A stretch of 64,000 nt of DNA from Alkalispirochaeta sp. GTDB taxonomy: Bacteria; Spirochaetota; Spirochaetia; DSM-27196; Alkalispirochaetaceae. Positions 39,326-49,610 of the stretch are shown here, piece after piece. The stretch is from contig CBDESZ010000025.1 of assembly GCA_965242725.1 (NCBI GenBank), forward strand, positions 352,001 to 416,000, given 5' to 3'. Position 1 is the stretch's first letter. Each line of letters opens with the position of its first letter. Under the pieces are notes generated by a model. It was not told the DNA's origin, did not search any database, and saw nothing but the letters and a program-made list of their open reading frames with translations. The translations under genes were made by a program, and so were the position numbers.

Positions 39326-41208
39326 TCAAGCTCCAGGGTAACGGTCATGCCCGGCTCAAAGGGAGTACCCGGCGGCGGATCCTGCGCGGCGACCCATCCG
39401 CTTCCCGACACCTTCACGGTGATGTCCTCCCTGTTCATGAGGGGAAGAATGGTTCGTGCCGAGAGTCCGCGATAGTCGGGAAGGACCTCCCCGATGGGCG
39501 GCAACTCCCTGGAGTTTACGACAACCCTGCCGGGATGGCGCACGACGGTGTCGCTTTCCCGGGGAATGTTCCAGTAGGGCACGAGAAACTCAATGAGACG
39601 ATCCGTGGCGGGGGCGGCTATACGTCCACCCAGATACTCCGGACCGCGTGGGTGATCGATAACGAGATATATGAGCAGTTCCGGCTGTTCCGCCGGAAAC
39701 AGCGCCAGCGTGGAGGCGATAAAGTGTTCATCCGAGTATTCACCGGATACGGGGTCAAAGACTTCGGCGGTACCCGTCTTGGCGGCCACCGTCACCCCTT
39801 CCACATTGATGCGCCGCGCAGTACCACCCGGTTCCGTTGAACTGCTCATGAGTTCGAGCATGGTTGCTGCGGTCTGGGGGGCGAGTACCTCCCGCACCGG
39901 CTCGCGTTCAAACCGGCGGATTACCTCGCCGGTGGGGGAGACGATGCGGTCCACGATCTGCGGACGCAGCAGCATCCCGTCATTGGCCAGGGTGGATGCC
40001 GCGGCAACCATTTGTATTGCCGTCACGCCGATTTCCTGTCCAATGGCGATCGTCGGCCGTGAACGGGCGGACCAGTTCTCCGGTCGATTAAGGAGGCCTC
40101 GTTCCTCCCCGTTCAGGTCGATTCCGGTGGTCTCTCCGAATCCGAACTTCCGCAGCATCGCGTAGAAGGCGCCGGGGTCCACCGTTTCCGACGCGTAGGC
40201 TGCGCCGACGTTGCTTGAGTACTTGATGATCTCTTCCGCATTGATTCGACCGTAGTCCGCAAGATCGCGGATGACGAACGCGCCGTCGTCGGAGCGATAT
40301 CCGCCGGTGGTGTTGAAGGTGTCGTCCGGTTCAATGCCGCCGAGGTCAAGTATGCCGGCAACGGAAAAAACCTTGAAGACGCTGCCCGGTTCATAGATGT
40401 GCGAAATGAGACGGTTGCGCCGTCGTTCCGCGTCATAGGAGCGGAACGAGTTTGGATCGAAGGAGGGGCGCGCAGACATTGCAAGAAGATCCGCCGTTGT
40501 TGCGTCGGCGACGATGATCATGACCGAGTCTGCGTTGTAGGTCTGAAGCAGTTCGTCACCCAGCTCATCGGCAAAACTCTGGATTGCGAGATCAAGGGTA
40601 AGAAATACCTGATTGCCCATGACGATTTCACCGTCCCTGGGTTCGATATTTTCGACGCTCGGCTGGAGCTCCCCGGAGAACATGTATTCGATCCCTTCCA
40701 GTCCGATATCATCAACGCCGACGTAGCCGATGACGCTCGCCGCAGCTTCCCGTTCGGGATAACTTCGTCCGAAATCCTCCTGGAGGGTAATGCCGTCGAG
40801 ATTGCCCTGCTGAAACTCCCGCCGAATCGCATCGCTCTGACTGGGGGTAATCGTCCGCTGGACGATGAGAAAGTCCCGGGACGTACTGAACCGTTCATGC
40901 AGCTCTTCCCGCGGGACCTGGAGTATTTCAGCGAGGATGGTAATCGTAGAATCCATTTCGGAGACGTCGGGCTTCCAGGCGGTAACGGTATCGAGACGCG
41001 TTTGAATCGCCAGGATACGCCCGCGCCGATCCAGAATGGGACCACGTTCCACCTCGGGGGACGGAATGGGTGGTGCCGTCCGTTCTTCAACCAGCATCAC
41101 CGCGGCGTAGCGGAAAAAAAGAAAAAAGGCGACTCCGAAAATGATGAAACCGAAGATACTCAGTCGACGTACTCGTTTTTCCGACGTATTTACTGAGGGA
41201 AAAGACAC
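39322..41208 (-). CDS. Class B penicillin-binding protein (FtsI-like) with PASTA domain
   Basis: RGPILDRRG, EPGSVFK (SxxK), SSNVG (SxN), KTGTA; C-terminal PASTA. Confidence 0.92.
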   Translation of the reverse strand: MSFPSVNTSEKRVRRLSIFGFIIFGVAFFLFFRYAAVMLVEERTAPPIPSPEVERGPILDRRGRILAIQTRLDTVTAWKPDVSEMDSTITILAEILQVPREELHERFSTSRDFLIVQRTITPSQSDAIRREFQQGNLDGITLQEDFGRSYPEREAAASVIGYVGVDDIGLEGIEYMFSGELQPSVENIEPRDGEIVMGNQVFLTLDLAIQSFADELGDELLQTYNADSVMIIVADATTADLLAMSARPSFDPNSFRSYDAERRRNRLISHIYEPGSVFKVFSVAGILDLGGIEPDDTFNTTGGYRSDDGAFVIRDLADYGRINAEEIIKYSSNVGAAYASETVDPGAFYAMLRKFGFGETTGIDLNGEERGLLNRPENWSARSRPTIAIGQEIGVTAIQMVAAASTLANDGMLLRPQIVDRIVSPTGEVIRRFEREPVREVLAPQTAATMLELMSSSTEPGGTARRINVEGVTVAAKTGTAEVFDPVSGEYSDEHFIASTLALFPAEQPELLIYLVIDHPRGPEYLGGRIAAPATDRLIEFLVPYWNIPRESDTVVRHPGRVVVNSRELPPIGEVLPDYRGLSARTILPLMNREDITVKVSGSGWVAAQDPPPGTPFEPGMTVTLELE

Positions 41209-41213
41209 AACGC

Positions 41214-41242
41214 ACTATAATATGCTCCATTTTTCTTGTCGA
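41214..41242 (-). promoter_or_regulatory. Putative sigma70 promoter for the PBP gene
   Basis: Minus strand TCGACA-N17-TATAGT, 5 nt before GTG 41208; overlaps a plus-strand TATAAT at 41216-21. Confidence 0.6.
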
Positions 41243-41254
41243 TACTGGGAGCAT

Positions 41255-42400
41255 ATGGTCAGCGTGATTGAGCACCAAAAGGTCGCCCGCCGGCGCCGTC
41301 CCACCGGGACGGGGCGTACACCCCGGAAGTTGCGGGGAATCCAACCTATTCGAATTGCACGGAAATCCGGTGCTCCGGCAGTGAAGAGCGCACGAAAGAA
41401 CGTACCGGTGCGGTTCTTTGCGACCCCCCACGGTATTTCAATCGATCTTCCTCGGGCGGATTATCCCGTCCTCGCCGCCGTCATCGTCTTCGCAATATTC
41501 GCAAACCTCATGCTCCTCTCCTTTCGATCCGATCGGATCATCCTTTCGGGAGTTCTGTCGGGAATCGCCCCGCCTCCCGCGCAGGAGCTGGTCATGCAGT
41601 CGCGCATTACCCCGCAGGAGAATGAGTTTGCCGTCATCGGGGAAGTGGCAGGAGTGGACCCCTCCCGTTTTGCACGCCTGGAGGTGGAGACCTATACCGT
41701 CCGGCCGGGAGATACGCTCGGCGAAATCGCGCTCCGCTACGGGCTGGAAATGGACACCCTCATCAGTTTCAACCAGATCGAGGATGTTCGACGTCTTCAG
41801 GCGGGAACGACGATGGAGGTTCCCAATCGGGACGGACTGCTCTACACCGTCAAGGGTGGGGATTCCCTCTCCTCCATAGCGGGCCGCCACGAAACGACGG
41901 TCAATGCGATTCTTGACGCCAATGACATGAAGAGTCAGGTGATCGATGTGGGACAGGTCATCTTCGTTCCCGGTGCGCGCCTGAACGACACGGAGCGCCG
42001 GATCATTCTGGGAGAACTCTTTGCGTGGCCGGCGAGGGGAACCTTTACCAGCGGGTTCGGTATGCGGGCGGATCCCTTTACCGGATATCCCCGCTTTCAC
42101 AACGGCGTCGATATGGCAAGCCGCATAGGGACGCCGATTCGGGCCGCCGCTTCAGGCAGGGTTGTCCATATAGAGACGCAGGTCGGGAACTACGGTCGAT
42201 TTGTCATTCTGCGACACCCCGACGGGTTCCAGACGCTCTACGCCCACATGGACTCCTTTTCCGTGCGGAACGGACAGTACGTCGACCGCGGCACCATCAT
42301 CGGATCGATGGGAAACACCGGCCGAAGCACCGGTCCGCACCTGCACTTTTCAGTCATACACAACGGTACATTCGTTGACCCGTTGCGTTATCTTCATTGA
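41255..42400 (+). CDS. LysM/M23 family peptidoglycan endopeptidase
   Basis: One TM, two LysM domains (YTVRPGDTL, YTVKGGDSL), HNGVD, YAH, STGPHLHF. Start codon uncertain. Confidence 0.92.
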   Translation: MVSVIEHQKVARRRRPTGTGRTPRKLRGIQPIRIARKSGAPAVKSARKNVPVRFFATPHGISIDLPRADYPVLAAVIVFAIFANLMLLSFRSDRIILSGVLSGIAPPPAQELVMQSRITPQENEFAVIGEVAGVDPSRFARLEVETYTVRPGDTLGEIALRYGLEMDTLISFNQIEDVRRLQAGTTMEVPNRDGLLYTVKGGDSLSSIAGRHETTVNAILDANDMKSQVIDVGQVIFVPGARLNDTERRIILGELFAWPARGTFTSGFGMRADPFTGYPRFHNGVDMASRIGTPIRAAASGRVVHIETQVGNYGRFVILRHPDGFQTLYAHMDSFSVRNGQYVDRGTIIGSMGNTGRSTGPHLHFSVIHNGTFVDPLRYLH

Positions 42401-42420
42401 TGTGATAAAGGATATACACA

Positions 42421-42495
42421 ATGCGCACATTAGTGATTACCGTCGTTATTCTGTTTGCAGTGTTTTCGTTTATAAGCGCATATTCAGCGATATAG
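42421..42495 (+). CDS. Candidate 24-aa hydrophobic small ORF or gene remnant
   Basis: SD AAAGGA 8 nt upstream; MRTLVITVVILFAVFSFISAYSAI*. Confidence 0.4.
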   Translation: MRTLVITVVILFAVFSFISAYSAI

Positions 42496-42539
42496 GCGGA
42501 AAGTATCTTTTCGGTCCTATTTAAATAATGCGACAGCTG

Positions 42540-45284
42540 TCACGTGTTTTTACCGTGACAGTGTTTATACTTCTTCCCGCTTCCACAGGGACACGGATCG
42601 TTCCGTCCCACCTTGGGATAGGTACGTCGAACCTGAGTCTGCCGGGGCTGGCTGCCTGCTGAGCCTGTCGCTCCGGCGTTGCCGCCCTTGGCGGGGGCGG
42701 CTCCAAGGAGACTCATATCGGTGTGGTGGGCCGTGCCCTGAACCTGTGCGGCAGGTTTGCGTTCCTCCATACCCTGCGCCTTGATTGCAAAAAGCATCCG
42801 GGCAATCCTGATTCTGATGTCCGCCAGAAGCTCATCAAAGATACGAAAGCCTTCAAGTTTGTACTCAAGGAGTGGGTTTTTCTGGGCGTAGCCGCGCAGG
42901 TACACCGCTTCTCTCAGCTCTTCAAGGTTTTCCAGGTGGTCCTGCCACCGCTGATCAACGGTTCGCAGATATTCTATCCGAATGATGAAGTTGAGGCGCT
43001 CCCTGCCGACGACCTCTTCCTTCCGCTGAAGTTCCGACCGCATATCCTGAAGAATGTTCCGTTCCAGCTCCTCGAGGGATAGGCCGGCGTACTCCGGGGC
43101 GGGGCGGGGTGCAAAGAAGAGGATCCGTTCCTGCAACTGGGTAAGGATTGTAGCCGCCGTCTGCTCGGAAATCGCGCGGTTGTCATCTATCTCGGCGAGG
43201 AGTTCCGCCGTCACGTCCTGGGCCGTCGTCAGGACGCGCTCAATGAGGGCGTGATCGTCCATGATGGCGTCCCGCTGCTCATAGATGACCTTCCGCTGTT
43301 CATTCACCACGTCGTCATACTCAAGCAGATGCTTCCGGATATCGAAGTTTCGCTCTTCAACCTTGCTCTGTGCCCGTTCAATTGACTTGTTGATGAGCGA
43401 ATGGTTCAGCGGTTCTCCCGGTTCCAGCCCACGCTCCATGATCGCCTTGAGATTGAAACGGCCGCCCCCGAAAAGACGCATGAGATCGTCGTCCATGGAG
43501 AGAAAGAACCGGGATTCCCCGGGATCCCCCTGACGTCCGCTACGGCCGCGCAACTGATTGTCAATGCGTCGCGATTCATGACGTTCCGTCCCCAGCACGT
43601 AGAGACCGCCAAGCTCCCGCACCTCCCGGTAGTCGTCAAGCCATTTCCGGCGTTCCCGTTCCAGGGCGGCAAAATAGTCATCCCTCCCGGCATCGTCGGA
43701 CAGACTCCGTCGCGCACGGAATTCCGGGTTGCCCCCGAGCTTGATGTCCGTACCGCGGCCGGCCATGTTGGTCGCAATAGTGACCGAACCTTTGGCGCCC
43801 GCTTCCGCCACAATCAGTGCTTCCCGGGCGTGGTTCTTGGCGTTGAGAACCTCATGGCGTACGCCCCGTTTTGTGAGGAGGGCGGATAGCTTTTCCGATC
43901 GTTCTATGGAAATCGTACCGACCAGGACAGGCTGCCCCTTTGTGTGGAGCCGTTCAAGCTCATCACAGATTGCCGTGTACTTGTCCTTTTCCGAAACGTA
44001 GATGACGTCATCCTGATCGAGCCGGGCGAGGGGGCGGTTGGTGGGAATAACGACGACATCGAGGCCGTAAATCTTTCCAAACTCCTTTGCCTCCGTCTCG
44101 GCGGTCCCGGTCATTCCCGAGATCTTGTCATACATGCGAAAGAAGTTCTGAAAGGTTATGGTCGCCAATGTTCTGTTCCGCGCGGCGACACGTATCCCCT
44201 CCTTTGCCTCTATGGCCTGATGGAGTCCTTCCGAATAGCGCCGGCCGTGGAGGATGCGTCCCGTGAATTCGTCGACAATTTCAACCTTTCCGTCCTTCAC
44301 CACGTACTGCTGGTCCGCGTGAAAGAGACGGTGGGCGCGGAGCGCCTGCGTTGCATAGTGGATGTATTCAAAGTTTTCCTGGTCGAAGACGCTGCCGGAG
44401 ATGATTTTCTTCCTGTTCAGCAACTCCTCAAGATGGTTGAGTCCTTCATCGGTGAAACTGATCTTCCGGGACTTCTCCTCAACCTTGTAGTCTCCCTCGG
44501 GTTCCTCCGGATAGTCACCGGTGGCCGGGTCCTTTGCGGCCTCAACAAGGTCCAGGACGATACGGTTGACCTCGCGAAACTTTGTCGTGTCGTCCTGGGC
44601 CTGACCGGAAATAATGAGGGGCGTCCTCGCCTCGTCAATGAGAATCGAGTCGATTTCGTCGATGATGCAGTAGTGATGGCTCCGCTGAACTTTGCTTGAT
44701 TTGTCGTAACGCATATTGTCCCGGAGATAGTCGAATCCAAACTCGTTGTTCGTACCGTAGGTTATGTCGTTGCGGTACGCTTCTTTTCGGGCGTCATTGT
44801 CCATTTCCGAGACGATGTATCCCACCGATACACCGAGGTACTCAAAAACCGGTCCCATCCACTGGGCATCACGCTGTGCAAGGTAGTCGTTCACCGTAAC
44901 TACGTGGACTCCCTTGCCGGTCAATGCGTTGGCGTAGGCCGCCGCAACGGAGGAGAGCGTCTTTCCCTCACCGGTTTTCATTTCCATGATCTTTCCCTGG
45001 TGAAGGACGAGAGCGCCGAGCATTTGAACGTCGTAGGGACGTTCTCCGAGGACGCGCCGTGCCGCTTCCCGTGCCACGGCAAAAACCTGCGGCAGGATTT
45101 CGTCAAGCTGACGGCCGCCATCCAGATCCCGGCGCCACCGGGCGGTCTGTTCCGTTATCTGGTCGTGAGAAAGGGCGAGAGCCCACGATTCCTGGGCATT
45201 GATCTGATGAAGGAGGGGGAGTAATTCTTTGAGGTCTGCTTCCGATTTTGAACCGAAAATACCCTGGACGAGTTGCTCGAGCAT
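42540..45284 (-). CDS. secA: Preprotein translocase subunit SecA
   Basis: [41 protein letters not shown]-terminal [14 protein letters not shown]; start MLEQLV at 45284. Confidence 0.98.
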   Translation of the reverse strand: MLEQLVQGIFGSKSEADLKELLPLLHQINAQESWALALSHDQITEQTARWRRDLDGGRQLDEILPQVFAVAREAARRVLGERPYDVQMLGALVLHQGKIMEMKTGEGKTLSSVAAAYANALTGKGVHVVTVNDYLAQRDAQWMGPVFEYLGVSVGYIVSEMDNDARKEAYRNDITYGTNNEFGFDYLRDNMRYDKSSKVQRSHHYCIIDEIDSILIDEARTPLIISGQAQDDTTKFREVNRIVLDLVEAAKDPATGDYPEEPEGDYKVEEKSRKISFTDEGLNHLEELLNRKKIISGSVFDQENFEYIHYATQALRAHRLFHADQQYVVKDGKVEIVDEFTGRILHGRRYSEGLHQAIEAKEGIRVAARNRTLATITFQNFFRMYDKISGMTGTAETEAKEFGKIYGLDVVVIPTNRPLARLDQDDVIYVSEKDKYTAICDELERLHTKGQPVLVGTISIERSEKLSALLTKRGVRHEVLNAKNHAREALIVAEAGAKGSVTIATNMAGRGTDIKLGGNPEFRARRSLSDDAGRDDYFAALERERRKWLDDYREVRELGGLYVLGTERHESRRIDNQLRGRSGRQGDPGESRFFLSMDDDLMRLFGGGRFNLKAIMERGLEPGEPLNHSLINKSIERAQSKVEERNFDIRKHLLEYDDVVNEQRKVIYEQRDAIMDDHALIERVLTTAQDVTAELLAEIDDNRAISEQTAATILTQLQERILFFAPRPAPEYAGLSLEELERNILQDMRSELQRKEEVVGRERLNFIIRIEYLRTVDQRWQDHLENLEELREAVYLRGYAQKNPLLEYKLEGFRIFDELLADIRIRIARMLFAIKAQGMEERKPAAQVQGTAHHTDMSLLGAAPAKGGNAGATGSAGSQPRQTQVRRTYPKVGRNDPCPCGSGKKYKHCHGKNT

Positions 45285-45290
45285 ACGGTC

Positions 45291-45349
45291 AAAGTATACC
45301 GTCCCGGATACACGGTCAAGTTGACATCCCCTCCCGGCAATGGCACTAT
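45291..45349. promoter_or_regulatory. Back-to-back divergent sigma70 promoters (secA and lipoprotein gene)
   Basis: Minus: TTGACC(45319-14)-N17-TACTTT(45296-91). Plus: TTGACA(45321-26)-N17-CACTAT(45344-49) with a TG extension. Confidence 0.7.
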
Positions 45350-45357
45350 CGTCGCGT

Positions 45358-46593
45358 ATGACCTTCCGAACGATTCGCGTCTCGATTGTCGTCGTCGCTC
45401 TCCTTTCAGCCATTCTTCTCTCCGGGTGTGAGTACGGAACGGTCAACGTCCTGGAACGGGAACATCTCTTTGAACTGACCATCGGGCGACTTGAAAATGA
45501 GCTGGACCTGATTACCCGCAACGGCGTACTCCCCAACCTGCGTACCTCCATCGCCATGCGCGACGGTTTTGTCTATGTCGGCAACGGCCCGGCAAACAAG
45601 GTCATGGAGTTTACCTCCTACGGCGATCTCATTCGCCTCGTCTACGATCCTGAGGACAATCCCGTCCCCGTCTCACTCGGCGCAGGCGAAGGCCGGGCGG
45701 AAGGCGCGACAAGCAGAACCCGTACCGCCTCGGAGTACGGTTTTGGTCAGGTCGGTTCTATCGCCGTCGACTCCCGCCGGTACATGTATGTTGAAGATCG
45801 TCTTCCCCCGGAACGCGCCGTATTTGACGACGATCTGGGTGTCCATCTGAACAGGATAATCGTACGGTTTGACGAGACCGGAACGGCCCTGGACTACATC
45901 GGTCAGGAGGGAATCGGGGGAACGCCCTTTCCTTTCGTTGAATCCATATCGGTCACGGTGCGGGATGAGCTGGCCGTCGTCGCCAAGACGATGAACGGTC
46001 ATTTCTTCTATCTCTTTTCGCCGGGGGGTGACCTGATGTACTCGGTCCGCATCGGCCTGGACCGTTTGCCGGTGCTTGAGGCGGGGAGTGATGTGATCGC
46101 CGTCCTGGAGGAGGTTGCCCCCGGTACCGATGGATATCGGGTCTATTTGAAGATCTCCTACTATCAGGCGGTCCGCGATCAGGCGACGGACAAAGAGTAC
46201 GGCATCAATATGGTGGAGAGCAGGGTATACTGGATCGATCTGCTCACCGGGCGGTACGACGGATATTTTGAACTTCCCGACACGACGGAAAACAATAATC
46301 GCCTTCACTATCAGCTCCTCGGCATCGCACGGGATGAATACGTCTATCTTGCGGCGCGTATCGATGTAGGCCGCATGCGCCTGCTTATCATGAACGATGA
46401 AGGCCGGGTGCTGCGGCGGCGGAATATCGCGATACCTGAGAACGACCTCGTCCTGCGCTCCTTCCACGTCGCTCCCGACGGCGTCCTCACGGGACTCCTT
46501 GGATACACGGAACGGGCGGACGTGGTGTGGTGGCGGGCTGATCGGTTGCTGCCCGAATCGGGAAGCGGCAACGGGGGTGCCGATGAATCCTGA
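45358..46593 (+). CDS. Spirochaete lipoprotein of unknown function, beta-rich
   Basis: Lipobox [29 protein letters not shown]; divergent from secA. Confidence 0.8.
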   Translation: MTFRTIRVSIVVVALLSAILLSGCEYGTVNVLEREHLFELTIGRLENELDLITRNGVLPNLRTSIAMRDGFVYVGNGPANKVMEFTSYGDLIRLVYDPEDNPVPVSLGAGEGRAEGATSRTRTASEYGFGQVGSIAVDSRRYMYVEDRLPPERAVFDDDLGVHLNRIIVRFDETGTALDYIGQEGIGGTPFPFVESISVTVRDELAVVAKTMNGHFFYLFSPGGDLMYSVRIGLDRLPVLEAGSDVIAVLEEVAPGTDGYRVYLKISYYQAVRDQATDKEYGINMVESRVYWIDLLTGRYDGYFELPDTTENNNRLHYQLLGIARDEYVYLAARIDVGRMRLLIMNDEGRVLRRRNIAIPENDLVLRSFHVAPDGVLTGLLGYTERADVVWWRADRLLPESGSGNGGADES

Positions 46594-48154
46594 AGGCTAT
46601 CTCCTTATGACGACCCGCGTCATGGCAGAAATTGACGGCCGGACGATACGCGACGCGGGGATACCCGGAAGTACCCTCATGGAGAACGCGGGCCAAAAAG
46701 CATGGTCCGTCGTATCAGGGAAGCTCGGGAAGGGCAGCAGGCGAACGGTCGTTTTTGTCGCCGGGAACGGTAATAACGGCGGAGATGCACTGGTAATGGC
46801 CCGGCAGTGTCTGGTGGAATCCTTTCATACGCCCCTGGTGGTCACGACCCGTTCTCAACTCAAGGGTGCAACGCAGGAGCAATGGAAGGTCGCGGAGCGG
46901 CTCGGTCTGTCAAGAAAAGCCTTTGAATCTGAGCGTAAAGAGGTTGAGAGAATCATCGCGTCCGCAGACTGCATCGTAGACGGCGTCACCGGGACGGGAC
47001 TCACCGCTCCTCTTCGTCACTTAGAAGAGGATCTGGTCTCCATGATCAACGCCGCGCGGGGCATTGTCTTTTCAATTGATCTCCCGTCGGGAATGCGCGA
47101 CGGCGGCGGTGCAGAGGAGCGTACCGTCGTCGCCGACCATACGATCTGTACGGGCTATCGCAAACGGTGTCTCTATGCTCCCGCACGGAGAGCGGCGGCC
47201 GGTGAAATAACGTGGGTTGATCCCGGATTTCCCGAGGTCGAATTTTTCTCCGGGGACCAGTGGTATCCCCGCCGGTGGACCTCCCTGATTCCCGATTCCG
47301 TCGTAGACGCCTGCCGTCCCGCCGTTTCAGGTATGTCCCGGGACGCCCACAAGGGTGATCGCGGGCGGCTTGTTATCGTTGCCGGAGGGGACGGTACGGA
47401 AGGGGCGGCTCTGCTTGCGGCCCGGGGTGCAACAAGCAGCGGTGCCGGAATGGTTGCCGTCCATACAACCGATCGCGCCTGCCTCGCGGGACTTACCGCA
47501 CAGCCGGAGGTCATGTGGCGCTCCCGCATCCCGGGGGAAGACGATATCGCCTGGAGCGACGCCGTCGTCGTCGGTCCGGGTTGGACCGCGGGATCCGTGG
47601 ATTCCCTTGCGACGATCATCGACCGTGCCCGGAAAGAGGAGCGTCCCGTTGTACTCGATGCGGCGGCGCTGCGATTATTGGCGCCGGTTCTGACGGAGGA
47701 CCGGGAACCCCTGTGGAGCGGCTGCGGTCCGGTCATTCTCACTCCCCATCCGGGAGAACTCGCCGATCTGGGGGGCGTATCCGTTGCGGAGGTCGTCGCA
47801 GACCCCTTCAACGTTCTCGACGGTGTCGCCCGAAGCGCCGCGTGGATGGGGGCTGTCACGATTATCCTCAAGGCATCCGCGACGATCATCCGTCGCAGCA
47901 ACGGCGACTTTGCCGTCATTGACGGCCGGTGCCCGGAACTGGGTACCGCCGGCAGTGGGGACGTCCTTGCCGGTATTGTCGGCGGGCGCCTGTGCGGCAG
48001 GAAAGGGGCCGCCGCTGCTGAAGCACGGGCAATTGAAGGTGTCATGGAACACCTCCTCAGGGGCAGACAGCTGGCTCGGCGGATGGGTACCTTTTCGGCG
48101 GGACAACTGGCGGAATGGTCGATCCATGACGGGGTACACCTCCACAATGAGTAG
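46583..48154 (+). CDS. nnr: Bifunctional NAD(P)H-hydrate epimerase/dehydratase
   Basis: LMENAG, GNGNNGGD, DLPSG, HKGDRG, VGPG, LTPHPGE, AGSGDVLAG. Confidence 0.93.
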   Translation: MNPEGYLLMTTRVMAEIDGRTIRDAGIPGSTLMENAGQKAWSVVSGKLGKGSRRTVVFVAGNGNNGGDALVMARQCLVESFHTPLVVTTRSQLKGATQEQWKVAERLGLSRKAFESERKEVERIIASADCIVDGVTGTGLTAPLRHLEEDLVSMINAARGIVFSIDLPSGMRDGGGAEERTVVADHTICTGYRKRCLYAPARRAAAGEITWVDPGFPEVEFFSGDQWYPRRWTSLIPDSVVDACRPAVSGMSRDAHKGDRGRLVIVAGGDGTEGAALLAARGATSSGAGMVAVHTTDRACLAGLTAQPEVMWRSRIPGEDDIAWSDAVVVGPGWTAGSVDSLATIIDRARKEERPVVLDAAALRLLAPVLTEDREPLWSGCGPVILTPHPGELADLGGVSVAEVVADPFNVLDGVARSAAWMGAVTIILKASATIIRRSNGDFAVIDGRCPELGTAGSGDVLAGIVGGRLCGRKGAAAAEARAIEGVMEHLLRGRQLARRMGTFSAGQLAEWSIHDGVHLHNE

Positions 48155-48719
48155 GGAAGAGCCGGACAGGACGGTGAAGGGCACACCGGGACGCGAGGGA
48201 CTCCGCCCGACGCCGTGGCGAAATGCGCCTGTGGAGCACGACTATTCGAGACGCCCCGGCGGAGGAACGTCCCCAGACGACAAAAGGGCTTCAAAGATAT
48301 TCCGCGGAAATCGGGGGCTGATGATAACCCTCATCGATGTCGTCATTGTTGCGATAATCTTTGTCATTTTCTATACGATTCTTGAGCCGCTGTCACAGGC
48401 GGTTGTAATCGCTCCCTACCGGGTCACTATAGACAGCCGTATGGAGGAACGGGCTCTCATCGTCGAAGCGGTGGTACACCATAGGAAACCGACGATATTC
48501 TCCACGGCGACCGATGACCCCGGCGAACTGATGCAGCCGGTGGTGACGATCGGACTGGACGACGGAGAACCGTCGATATCGGATCTCGCGCCGCGGGAAG
48601 GGGAAAGACGGCGCATGGAGCTTGTCGTTGCCCGGGAACACATTGAAAACATGGAACTTTTTTCGCTGAACGTACAAATCGGAAACGAACGGCGAGTCTA
48701 TATAGTAGATCTTCGTTGA
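48147..48719 (+). CDS. Hypothetical single-TM protein
   Basis: Overlaps the nnr end; TM LMITLIDVVIVAIIFVIFY. Confidence 0.7.
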   Translation: MSREEPDRTVKGTPGREGLRPTPWRNAPVEHDYSRRPGGGTSPDDKRASKIFRGNRGLMITLIDVVIVAIIFVIFYTILEPLSQAVVIAPYRVTIDSRMEERALIVEAVVHHRKPTIFSTATDDPGELMQPVVTIGLDDGEPSISDLAPREGERRRMELVVAREHIENMELFSLNVQIGNERRVYIVDLR

Positions 48720-48744
48720 CCAGAAGCTGATTAGGACATATCTT
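48716..48744 (+). promoter_or_regulatory. Putative sigma70 promoter (leaderless geometry)
   Basis: TTGACC-N17-TATCTT-N6-ATG(48751). Confidence 0.65.
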
Positions 48745-48750
48745 TTACGT

Positions 48751-49164
48751 ATGTACCAGATTTACTTTCTCTCAATCCTGACTAACATTCTCGCCGGAAT
48801 CGCTTTGGGATTTGACAGGATGGACGCACGACTGCGATTGCACTCCGTCTTCAATCCCGAGTTGTTTCAACACAACGGATTTCGTCTCGCTCTCGGTATT
48901 ATCACCTTCCTGGTCGGGTTCCTGAAACTGCTTTCAGTTTCGCCGGGAGATGTCGCCGTCGTGGGTGATCTGTTGCCCGCTGTCGCCGGACTTCTCATGG
49001 GTTTCTCTCTCGCATTCCAGTATTATCAGGAACGGACGGAAGTCAAAAGCTCCACTTCAGAGACGCTGAACCGTATCTTTGGACGCCACAACGCAACGCT
49101 CGGCATGGTCGGACTTCTTGTCGGGGTCGTCCACTTTTTTCTGCATCGGGTATTGTTTCTCTGA
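48751..49164 (+). CDS. Hypothetical integral membrane protein (about 4 TM)
   Basis: Four hydrophobic segments; VVGDLLPAVAG. Confidence 0.8.
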   Translation: MYQIYFLSILTNILAGIALGFDRMDARLRLHSVFNPELFQHNGFRLALGIITFLVGFLKLLSVSPGDVAVVGDLLPAVAGLLMGFSLAFQYYQERTEVKSSTSETLNRIFGRHNATLGMVGLLVGVVHFFLHRVLFL

Positions 49165-49175
49165 ATCAGTAGATT

Positions 49176-49610
49176 GTGAGCATAATTTATCGCGAAGACC
49201 GTATCGTAACGACCGCCGGAGTGGCATACAGCTCCGGACGGTTTTTTTTGGCCCGTCGGGAAGCCGGCGGTGCGCAGTCACGGAAATGGGAGTTTCCAGG
49301 CGGAAAGTGTGATGAAGGCGACGGCAACGAGCGCGCCTGTCTCGCCAGAGAGTACATGGAAGAACTGGGCGTTTCCGTGGAAGTCGGTGCGGAGATCGGA
49401 AGTGTTCCCTTTGAGCACAAAGGCATTCGGTACATTCTTGTTGCATATGAAATCACCCTCCTGGATGAGCCGAAAACGTTGAGCGTCCACAGTGAGGCAG
49501 GATGGTTTCTTCCGGAAGAGCTTGAGAATCTTGATCTTGCGGACTCGGATCGTCTGCTCGTTGAACGGTATTTCCCCCATGTGTCGGGTGGCGAGGCACG
49601 GCGACGGTGA
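49176..49610 (+). CDS. MutT-like NUDIX hydrolase
   Basis: WEFPGGK...AREYMEELGV; C-terminal LADSD. Confidence 0.88.
   Translation: MSIIYREDRIVTTAGVAYSSGRFFLARREAGGAQSRKWEFPGGKCDEGDGNERACLAREYMEELGVSVEVGAEIGSVPFEHKGIRYILVAYEITLLDEPKTLSVHSEAGWFLPEELENLDLADSDRLLVERYFPHVSGGEARRR

Noticed and set aside
45285..45557. Extended SecA N-terminus in the ORF track
   Set aside because: Overlaps the divergent lipoprotein gene; homology and promoter position support ATG 45284.
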